IMG/VR virus record: IMGVR_UViG_3300017770_000005
Span: 1 to 64,000 of that record
Strand: one strand, 5' to 3'
DNA from: a virus
Length of the DNA: 64,000 nucleotides
Below the pieces are notes generated by a model. It saw only the letters and a list, made by a program, of their open reading frames with translations. It made no database searches and had not been told where the DNA came from. The position numbers and the translations under genes were made by a program. This document shows, in pieces, positions 27,419-36,300 of the stretch (its first letter is position 1; each line of letters starts with the position of its first letter).

Positions 27419-30280
27419 ATGGTTAGAAGAGTAACAAGCCAATACAATAGAACAGGTGTTGAAAAAAATGTAATGTACTGGTGGACTGGTCAAGTAGTTG
27501 ATGAGTCTACCTGGCTTGACAATGAACTTACACCAAATCACCCAAAGGGTGCTGCAAAAGGTCACGGAAAACGATATCGTGTTAGAATATTCAGTAGAGA
27601 TTCTGAGGTCAAAATTGTCCCAGATCAACAACTGGATATGGCAGATGTCATTATCCCTGTAACTGCAGGTTCTGGTCATGGTTGTTATTCTGAGACTGTT
27701 GTCTTATCTCAAGGATCCTGGGTTACAGGATGGTTTTGGGATGGTGCTGAAGGTAGACAACCAGTTATTTTAGGTTCTCTCCCCAATAATCCAGATACGG
27801 GACTTTTTGGTGGAGATCCACCAGAAGGATATATTGGTAGAACTGGTCTGAATGGTCTAACTGGACCAAAACCGATAAAAGAAGAAGATATACTTGCTGG
27901 CACTGCAAGTGGAACTGCAATGCCTGCTATCGAATCAAAAAGTGCAGATCCTAGTGAATTAACCAACGCAGATCCTATACAAACAGCAGATGGGAATGAG
28001 GTATCACCAAGAAAAAGAAATATTGAGTGTGAAGGTGGTTCTGGTCCATTAAAAGGTGTTCAAGGATTTATCCAAAGAGCTCTTGCTACTATCCAAAAAC
28101 TAAAACTATTCAAATCAACAGCACAGAGCACAATTAACAGTATCTTAGCAACTGCATCGAATATTACAAATCAAGTTGCTGGTGCAGTTGCAAGTCTCTT
28201 TAAGATGATTGTTGGTAAGATGAGAGGATTTATCCTCAATAAAATCAATGCTGGTCTTAAAGATGTTGGAGAACTGTTACCACCAAGTTTGAGACAAGCA
28301 TTTTCTTCTGGTGCTAATAATACGATTGACACACTTGCCTGTGTATTCCAAAAAATTATGGGTACACTCTTTCAGATGGCAAAGGGTATGTTTGAGGAGT
28401 TGGTTGATAGTTATGTTATGGCACCATTATGTGCCGCCGAGAAGATGGTCGGTGATATGATTGGAAATATTCTGGGTGAAATTACTGATGCTGTAGATGG
28501 TGCAATAGGTGCTATTGCTGGATTAGTTGACTCTGGATTTGCTATTGTAGACCAAGCATTTTCTGTTCTTGAAATTATTCAAGGTCTCCTTAATTTCTTA
28601 AAATGTGATGCTACTCCAGATTGTGAGTATAAAGATCAGTGGAGTTTCTGGAACGGTTCTAGTCTATCGGCAGATGTGTCTGATGGAATTGCAAATATTA
28701 TGAAAGATATCTCACAGGGAGTTGATAATGCTCTTGGAGGAGGTGGAGGAGGTGGTGGAGGTGCTGGAGCAGGATGTAACACTGATCAACTACCTTGTGG
28801 TCCTCCAGGTCTTTCTTTCAGTGGTGGAGGTGGATCTGGTCTTGCTGGTAATTTGATAATGTCTGCTGGACAAATCATGGGTGTTGATTTCTCCAGTTTT
28901 GGTAGTGGATATTCATACACACCAACTCTTAGTGTTACAGATGGTTGTGGAAATGGTGGTGGTTATAAAATAGAACTTCTTACTAATGATGGAAACAATT
29001 CTTCATCAGATACAAGTATAAAAGAAGGAGAGAATATTCAGATTGTTGGTGCTGTTGTAGTCCAACCTGGTTCGGGTTATCTAGATGAACCAGACGGTTC
29101 TACAAATATTAGTAAACCAGAAGAGTCAATTATTAGATATGAAGATGATAGATGGGAGGTAATGAAACCTGATGATGTAGTTGAGATACCTTATAAAGAA
29201 GACGGATATGATAATTGTCCTACTATTGCTATGCCAGTAGATACAGAATCTCAAGTATTTGATCCAAGTGGAAATGTAATTCAAGTTCTTACTGGTCAAG
29301 GACCAACAACTCCACTTCCAATGTGTAATGGTGGAACAATTACAATTCCAACTCCTCCAAATGTATTTGAAAACGAGCAAGGTCCTGCAGATTTTACTGG
29401 AACTGCACCTGTAGATCCTGAACTCAATTCACCATACGTTAATGTTACGACTGGTACTGGAAATTGGGATGGATTTGTTGGTGAAGATGTTAGAAATGAT
29501 GATAAGGCAATTTGGGATGGTGAAAAATGGAGACTTATAAAAGAACCACGTGATAATAGACCTAATAGTGGTGGAGAAAAGGCAGATATTATATTAGATG
29601 GGGTGTATATTTACAATCCTGGATATAACTATCAACAAGGTGATGTAATTGTAGTAGAACCAGATACTGGTTTAAAATTAATTCCAACATTTAATGATAT
29701 TGGTCAATTGACTGATGTTACAATTCAAGATCCTGGGTCAACATTTAGTTCTTACCCAGAAATTTACATTAAATCAGTGACTGGAATTAATGCTACAATC
29801 TTACCAATATTTAAAGTTAGGACTGAAGAAGATCCTGACGCAAATTCAAGAATTCTTTCTGGAGACAGAATTATTTCTGTTGATGATTGTATTGGTAGAT
29901 TGATTATAGGTTATGTAAATGGTCAACCATACTATGGACCATTCCATAAGCATAAAGGAAGGAAGATGGTTGGTGCTGTACATAGTTCCAAACCACATGC
30001 ATTCATTTACGATACACCAGAAGCAAGTCTGAGAGATCCATATTCAAAACTAAAATCAAAGATTTATACTGCAGGACCAACTGTTCCAGTTGAGGAAACA
30101 GAAGTTTCTTCGGATGAAAGTGTTATGGTGGAACAATCAACACCCACACCTGCACCTACACAAACTCCCACAATCATATCAACACCAACACCACCTCCAA
30201 CAACTAGACCCACACCACCACCATCTAGTGGAGGAAGTTCTGGATATAGTAGTGGTGGAAGTGGTGGATCAGGGTACTAA
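27419..30280 (+). CDS. gp5: Baseplate hub/spike protein gp5-like
   Basis: N-terminal OB-fold pattern WW.GQV, RYRVRI, G.WV.G.F.DG...QPVILG; no lysozyme domain seen. Confidence 0.75.
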   Translation: MVRRVTSQYNRTGVEKNVMYWWTGQVVDESTWLDNELTPNHPKGAAKGHGKRYRVRIFSRDSEVKIVPDQQLDMADVIIPVTAGSGHGCYSETVVLSQGSWVTGWFWDGAEGRQPVILGSLPNNPDTGLFGGDPPEGYIGRTGLNGLTGPKPIKEEDILAGTASGTAMPAIESKSADPSELTNADPIQTADGNEVSPRKRNIECEGGSGPLKGVQGFIQRALATIQKLKLFKSTAQSTINSILATASNITNQVAGAVASLFKMIVGKMRGFILNKINAGLKDVGELLPPSLRQAFSSGANNTIDTLACVFQKIMGTLFQMAKGMFEELVDSYVMAPLCAAEKMVGDMIGNILGEITDAVDGAIGAIAGLVDSGFAIVDQAFSVLEIIQGLLNFLKCDATPDCEYKDQWSFWNGSSLSADVSDGIANIMKDISQGVDNALGGGGGGGGGAGAGCNTDQLPCGPPGLSFSGGGGSGLAGNLIMSAGQIMGVDFSSFGSGYSYTPTLSVTDGCGNGGGYKIELLTNDGNNSSSDTSIKEGENIQIVGAVVVQPGSGYLDEPDGSTNISKPEESIIRYEDDRWEVMKPDDVVEIPYKEDGYDNCPTIAMPVDTESQVFDPSGNVIQVLTGQGPTTPLPMCNGGTITIPTPPNVFENEQGPADFTGTAPVDPELNSPYVNVTTGTGNWDGFVGEDVRNDDKAIWDGEKWRLIKEPRDNRPNSGGEKADIILDGVYIYNPGYNYQQGDVIVVEPDTGLKLIPTFNDIGQLTDVTIQDPGSTFSSYPEIYIKSVTGINATILPIFKVRTEEDPDANSRILSGDRIISVDDCIGRLIIGYVNGQPYYGPFHKHKGRKMVGAVHSSKPHAFIYDTPEASLRDPYSKLKSKIYTAGPTVPVEETEVSSDESVMVEQSTPTPAPTQTPTIISTPTPPPTTRPTPPPSSGGSSGYSSGGSGGSGY

Positions 30281-30299
30281 ATACAAATAAAAACACAGT

Positions 30300-30890
30300 A
30301 TGTCAGAGTCAAAGCAATTAAAACATTTCCAGGTAAGAAAAACTAATCCTCAGGGTGATTTGTTGCTTGGAACTCAGTGTGCTGACGGTGTAATTACTGG
30401 ATGTGGATTTGAAGCTTTCCACCCATTACATTATCTGCATATGGATAATGATGGAAATAGAGCAGGATGGACTTCTCTAAGAAATCCTGGTGTATTTCAG
30501 ATAAAATGTGGTGATACTGTAAATGGTAGAGAACCTGGAATTGATATTCATTGTCTCAATGGTGATATAAACTTGACAGCAGACAATGGTCGTATTAGAC
30601 TGGTTGCTAGAGATATCGACATTCTAGCAAATGGTGAAACTACAGGACGTGGCCATATCAAAATAGAAGCAAACCAAGATATTAAACTTAAAGCCGATGG
30701 ATCATTTGATCTAAAAGCAGAAGTTGGGTATAGACTTTTTACACCTCATGTAGGAAAGGTCGTGGCAAATACTGAACTGAAAATAGTATCAAACTTTGTT
30801 AAGGGATTGACATGTGCATCTTCAAAACTAATCGGTAAAACAGATCTCTTGAATGTCGCAGATTTCACAACATTATCATCTTATATTTAA
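30300..30890 (+). CDS. Probable baseplate spike/beta-helix protein
   Basis: NGDI.L.A.NGRI.L.A.DI.I.A repeats; CTAAATA at 30277. Confidence 0.55.
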   Translation: MSESKQLKHFQVRKTNPQGDLLLGTQCADGVITGCGFEAFHPLHYLHMDNDGNRAGWTSLRNPGVFQIKCGDTVNGREPGIDIHCLNGDINLTADNGRIRLVARDIDILANGETTGRGHIKIEANQDIKLKADGSFDLKAEVGYRLFTPHVGKVVANTELKIVSNFVKGLTCASSKLIGKTDLLNVADFTTLSSYI

Positions 30891-30896
30891 ATAATT

Positions 30897-31730
30897 ATGG
30901 CATGGTCATTCGATGATTTAGTAATCCAACATCAACTCAATGTTGGTGCAGGTATAGTTCCATTTTTTGGATTAGGAGCTGCAAGAGTTCGTGGTGCCGC
31001 ATATATTGAAGGACCAATGAATGTTGGCACACCATTTCCTCTATGTTTTGGTGCAGTTAATATTGGTCCCCTAATCAATCCCGATTCACCACCACCATTT
31101 ATTCCTGGTGGGTTCTGCTATGGACCACCTGCAAACCCATTCTCGTTAGCAGTCTTGGGTAGTGTTGGTATTCTGGGTGATCTTAATGTTGCCACCAATG
31201 CAGTCGTAGGTGCTAATGTTTTAGCACAAGGCATGGTTATAGGTAGTTGTGGAAGACATGTTCTTGCACTCAAAAAAGATTTACCATTTGATATGCCTCA
31301 TCCAAATAAGGATGGATGGAGATTAAGGCATGTTTGTATAGAAGGTCCAGAGATTGCTGTATATTGTAGAGGAAAGATTCCACCAAATGGTGTTATTGAA
31401 CTCCCATCTTTTTGGGATGGTCTCGTCAATAAAGAAGATATGTCCATTAACCTGACACCATTTGGAACTTGGCAAGAACTATTTGTTCAAGAGATTAGAT
31501 GGGGAAAGCAAGTTATTGTAAGAAATAATCTTGGTGGACCTATTCGTGGTGATTATCATATTGTTGCCCGTAGACTAGATGATGATCTTATTGTAGAATA
31601 TGAGGGTGAATCACATGAAGATTATCCTGGAGGAAACGAAGGATACTCTTTCAACTTTGAACACAACTATGTTGAAGGATTGATTAAAGACATGGTTAAA
31701 GAAAATCTAAACAACATTGAGGAAAAATAA
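30897..31730 (+). CDS. Probable virion structural protein
   Basis: FD.PHP.K.G.RL.H.C.EGPE domain shared with the next gene. Confidence 0.7.
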   Translation: MAWSFDDLVIQHQLNVGAGIVPFFGLGAARVRGAAYIEGPMNVGTPFPLCFGAVNIGPLINPDSPPPFIPGGFCYGPPANPFSLAVLGSVGILGDLNVATNAVVGANVLAQGMVIGSCGRHVLALKKDLPFDMPHPNKDGWRLRHVCIEGPEIAVYCRGKIPPNGVIELPSFWDGLVNKEDMSINLTPFGTWQELFVQEIRWGKQVIVRNNLGGPIRGDYHIVARRLDDDLIVEYEGESHEDYPGGNEGYSFNFEHNYVEGLIKDMVKENLNNIEEK

Positions 31731-32353
31731 TGACATTTACACCAGGAAATAGACCACCAGGTCCCGATTGCGCTGATACCGCAGTTTGGGGAGCTCCATC
31801 AACTTTAACGCAGTATATTGCAAAGATTAAAGTTGAGGGACAAGATGATTATCCAGCAGATGCTTGCCCACCATATTATTATTCAACAGCAACGATTGAC
31901 AATTTTACAATCACTGCAACGTTGGGTGTTGGTGGTCTTTTGACGGGAACATCTGCAGCATTTTCTGGTTTAGTTTCTGCAGGATCGTTCAGTTCAAACT
32001 CGAAAGCATTCAATATTCCACACCCATCACCAAATAAAGATGGTATTAGGTTGTGGCATGGATGCCTTGAAGGACCAGAATATGGTGTATATGTTCGTGG
32101 TAGAGTAACTAATAGAAAAGAAATTAATCTTCCTGCATATTGGAAAGACCTTGTAGATGTTAGGACAATGACTGTTTCACTAACACCTATTGGTTCCCAT
32201 CAAAATGTTATTGTAAAAAGACTTGATTCTGAAAAAGTACATCTACAAGCACAGGGTGGTATGCCAATTGATTGTTTCTACCACATTTATGGAGAACGTA
32301 AGGACATCGATCCACTGGTCATCGAGCAAGAAGAAGTTGACATGGATCCCTGA
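31730..32353 (+). CDS. Probable virion structural protein, paralogue of 30897-31730
   Basis: FNIPHP..K.G.RL.H.CLEGPE, LP.YW..LV. Confidence 0.7.
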   Translation: MTFTPGNRPPGPDCADTAVWGAPSTLTQYIAKIKVEGQDDYPADACPPYYYSTATIDNFTITATLGVGGLLTGTSAAFSGLVSAGSFSSNSKAFNIPHPSPNKDGIRLWHGCLEGPEYGVYVRGRVTNRKEINLPAYWKDLVDVRTMTVSLTPIGSHQNVIVKRLDSEKVHLQAQGGMPIDCFYHIYGERKDIDPLVIEQEEVDMDP

Positions 32354-32365
32354 TCCTGCTATGAT
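32337..32365 (+). promoter_or_regulatory. Sigma70-type promoter
   Basis: TTGACA-N17-TATGAT. Confidence 0.75.
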
Positions 32366-32388
32366 ACGTGGGTAAACCAGGGAAAACC

Positions 32389-32577
32389 ATGGAAGAATAC
32401 GTCAATTCAGTACTAATTGATATGAGTACGAGGAAATTCACGTTATTTTCAAGTTTGGGTAATGAAAAAGTTGTTAATTGCGATAACTATGATGAATTCA
32501 TGAATGTATTCAAAGTTGTTCGTGACAAAATTGATGAAGATATGATCTTCTATACAAAACCAAATGTGGCAGCATGA
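32389..32577 (+). CDS. Hypothetical protein
   Basis: ORF after the promoter; ATGA overlap with cpeT. Confidence 0.75.
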   Translation: MEEYVNSVLIDMSTRKFTLFSSLGNEKVVNCDNYDEFMNVFKVVRDKIDEDMIFYTKPNVAA

Positions 32578-33032
32578 TTGAAGAGTTTGTAACAAAATTA
32601 ACAGGAAAATATAATAATTTAAGTCAAGCACAATCAAGTCCCAGAGATCACTCTCATGTTCATATTGAATGGACAAACCTTCGTGAAGGAGGTAGAATGA
32701 CCATTAAACAATGGTATGATCATGAGGGAGAATCAAGTCCTTATCGTGCTCGTTGCCATAAGGTCTTGGTAAAAGATGACTCAATCGTTGTTGAAAACTG
32801 GGGCACTGATTGGACCCATAGTCCTACATTCGATATGAGGTTTACACTCATAGATACATTCTATAAAGGTGAACTAATTTATCCAGATCCAATCATTCGT
32901 GAAACAACACTTAAAAGTTTTGTGGAATTTGATGGGTATACCTATCGTAGTATGGATCAAGGATGGAAAGGTAACAAACTTGATTGGGGTTCATTAACAT
33001 ATTATGAACTCCAAAAGGAAAACGGATTTTAA
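32574..33032 (+). CDS. cpeT: CpeT/CpcT-type phycobiliprotein lyase
   Basis: G.Y.N..QA...P, QWY......PYR, S.D.G, WGS...Y. Confidence 0.85.
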   Translation: MIEEFVTKLTGKYNNLSQAQSSPRDHSHVHIEWTNLREGGRMTIKQWYDHEGESSPYRARCHKVLVKDDSIVVENWGTDWTHSPTFDMRFTLIDTFYKGELIYPDPIIRETTLKSFVEFDGYTYRSMDQGWKGNKLDWGSLTYYELQKENGF

Positions 33033-33096
33033 ATCAAAAAAATGGGGCAAAAAAATCCCCACAATTTTTTCATATGAGAGGTTTTTGAAAATTATG
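33018..33096. repeat. A/T-tract element, copy 2
   Basis: Aligns with 13483-13564. Confidence 0.8.
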
Positions 33097-33255
33097 CGAC
33101 CAGAAACAAGAGAGTCAATGGAAATGCTATTTTCGGCAAAATGGAATCTTCCGAAAGCAGCAAAAAATTGTGGATTGACAGAAAAGGAAATGAAAATAAC
33201 ATTTAATGAATACTGCTTTTTTCACCCACCCACTTGGGAATCATCGGAAGTGTAG
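33094..33255 (+). CDS. Hypothetical protein, 53 aa
   Basis: MRPETRESMEMLFSAKWNLPKAA...; the N-terminal extension in the ORF track runs through the A-tract repeat. Confidence 0.7.
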   Translation: MRPETRESMEMLFSAKWNLPKAAKNCGLTEKEMKITFNEYCFFHPPTWESSEV

Positions 33256-33338
33256 CTCAATTGGCAGAGCGAGAAGCTTATACCTTCTGTATGCACCAGA
33301 TTAGTGCGCGGTTGTGGGTTCGAGTCCCACCACTTCCA
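33246..33338 (+). tRNA. tRNA with anticodon TAT (nominally Ile), long variable arm, CCA not encoded
   Basis: Acceptor GGAAGTG/CACTTCC+A; D arm GCTC/GAGC; anticodon arm AGAAG-CTTATAC-CTTCT; variable arm GCAC/GTGC; T arm GTGGG-TTCGAGT-CCCAC. Confidence 0.92.
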
Positions 33339-33399
33339 TAAAATTATTACTATAATTATATTGATAAATAGACCTATAGGAATTTAACGCGTTAATACA

Positions 33400-36300
33400 A
33401 TGGGTCTTAGTCGTCTGGATAATTTTCTAAAGAGTACTAAAGGTGAGATTCTTTATGTAGATCCTTCAAGTTTGGATTCTACTGATAGTATCGAAAATAA
33501 AGGTAACTCTTTAGCAAGACCATTTAAAACAATCCAAAGAGCACTGCTAGAGGCATCTCGTTTCTCCTACCAAGCAGGAGAAAATAATGATAGATTTGGT
33601 AAAACTACCATTCTACTCTATCCTGGTGAGCACATAGTAGATAATAGACCAGGATGGATACCAATCCAAGATCAAGTACCAAATACATATAGACTTAGGT
33701 CTGGTACAACTTCTGATGATTTTCCACCATTAGATGTAAACAGTAATTTTGATTTAGATAGTCCTAATAATGCATTATATAAACTTAATAGTGTTCATGG
33801 TGGTGTCATCATCCCTAGAGGCACATCATTAGTTGGTCTTGACCTTAGAAAGACCAAGATTATTCCCAAATATGTTCCAAATCCAGAGAATGATCAGATT
33901 GCAAGATCTGCAATTTTCCGTGTAACTGGTGCATGTTATATGTGGCAGTTCTCCATCTTTGATGGTGATCAGACTGGTACGGTATATAAAGACTATACAA
34001 CTAACGCATTTGTTCCCAACTTCTCACACCATAAACTAACAGTATTTGAATATGCTGATGGTGTAAATCCAGTAACTATCAATGATGACTTCTTAGTCTA
34101 TACTGATACAAATACTGACCTTGAGATGTATTATCAAAAGGTTGGTTTTGCATATGGTAAACCATCTGGAAGAGAAGTTTCACCAGACTACCCTTCTGAT
34201 ACTCTAGATATTGAACCAAAGGTTGATGAATATCGTATTGTTGGTTCTACTGGTGCTGAAGTAGGAATTACTAGTATTAAGTCTGGTGATGGTGCTCTTG
34301 CCACGACAGAGATTACAGTTACATTAGAGAACTCAGTTCCTGGTCTAGATGTAAATACCCCAATTCGTATTCAAGGTATTGCTGATCAGGGTTATGATGG
34401 TCTGTTTGCTGTATTTGAAGTTCTATCACCAACAGAGGTGAAATATCAAGTATCTGTCCCACCAAATAATCCACTACCAGCATCAACTTCAGGTGCAACT
34501 CTGAATATTTCTGTCGATACTGTTACATCTGCATCACCATACATCTTTAACATCTCACTGAGATCCGTTTTTGGTATGTGTGGTCTCCATGCAGATGGAT
34601 CTAAGGCAACTGGATTCAAGTCCATGGTTCTAGCTCAATTCACGGGAATTGGACTTCAAAAAGATGATAATGCCTTTGTTAAGTATAATCCAACTACTGG
34701 ATTATATGAAGGAACTCTTGCTGCAGGAAATGAGAACATTCATACAGATTCTGATGCTAGATTTAAACCAGAATATGAAAACTTCCATATCAAGTGTAGC
34801 AACAATTCACTTCTACAGATTGTTTCTGTCTTCGCAATTGGTTTCAACAATCACTTCTTACTAGAGTCTGGTGGTGACGCATCTATCACCAACTCCAACT
34901 CTAACTTTGGAGCAAAAGCTCTTGTTTCTAGAGGTTTCAGACCAGATGCCTTCCCAAGAGACGACATTGGTTATATTTCACATATAGTTGCACCAAAAGA
35001 AATTGAGTCTGTTAAGGCAGGTATCGAATTCCTAGGTATTGATGTAGGTGTTTCTACTGCTGTAGGTATTGCAACAACTAGCAAATTATTCCTATATGAA
35101 GAAAATAACTTCGATATTCCACCAGCAACAGTTATTGATGGATATCGTGTTGGTTCTAATAAAGATGAAGCACTAAAAGTTCTCCTTGCAGAAGGAAACG
35201 AAATTACAACTTACCACTCTAAAGTTGTAATGCCTAATACAGAAGGCACTAGTGATGAAAAGATATCTGAAAAAATTCATAAAGTTAAACAAACTGCTGG
35301 TGTAAATGTTATTGTATCAAATACATTTACTCTTGTAGGAAATCATAGTTTCCTAAATGGAGAAACAGTTAGAATTATTAGTGAAAATGGTGGACTACCT
35401 GATGGTGTTGAAGAGGAAAGAGTATATTATGTAATTACTACAGCAATTGCTCCTAATCCAGCACTTGGAGCAAATCAACTAAAACTTGCTGCAACTCTAA
35501 ATGATGCAAACAATGATATCCCAATTACTCTCAACAATACTGGTGGTATTCTCAATATTGTAAGTAGAGTATCTGATAAATCTGCTGGAGATCTTGGGCA
35601 CCCAGTTCAATGGGATGGATTAAAAAGTCAGTGGTATATTAATGTATCAACTGGTAGTACGGGAGCAAGCATTTATAAGCAACTTTATGATAGAGGTGTT
35701 GCAGAATTGGGTGAAACGACTCCAAGAACATTTGTACTCAGAAAACCAACTGATAGAAACATTGAAGCAAGCATCTATAAGATGCGTTATGTTCTACCAA
35801 AAGATTCCCCAACATTGGGTAGACCTCCTGTTGATGGATTTATTATCCAAGAGTCAAACAACGTTGATGGTGTTTCTAACAGTGAAGTCGAAAAGTATCT
35901 AAGTTTTGATAGTCAAACACTATCAAACTCAACCGAGTTTAGAAACTTTAAGTTTATTGCAGATGCTGAGTGGAGTTCTGTTGATAGTAAAGCAACAATC
36001 AGAACAGAAATGCCGCATAATTTGACTGCTGGTTCTGAAGTAGAAATCACTAACACATTTAGTGGATTTAATACTACAGGAAGAATAAATTCAGGATTTA
36101 ATGGTACATTTATTGTAGATAGTATTGTATCAAGAAAAGAATTTAAAGTTAATATTTTAACAAATCCAGGTGATCTTACAAGTGATACATCCATTCGCAA
36201 TCAAGATCTTCCAAAAGTTAAGAAGAAAAAGCACGATGGCACATTTGTTGTATATAAGTCGGACGAAGTTCAACGGTATGTGCAAAATGAGCAGGATGGT

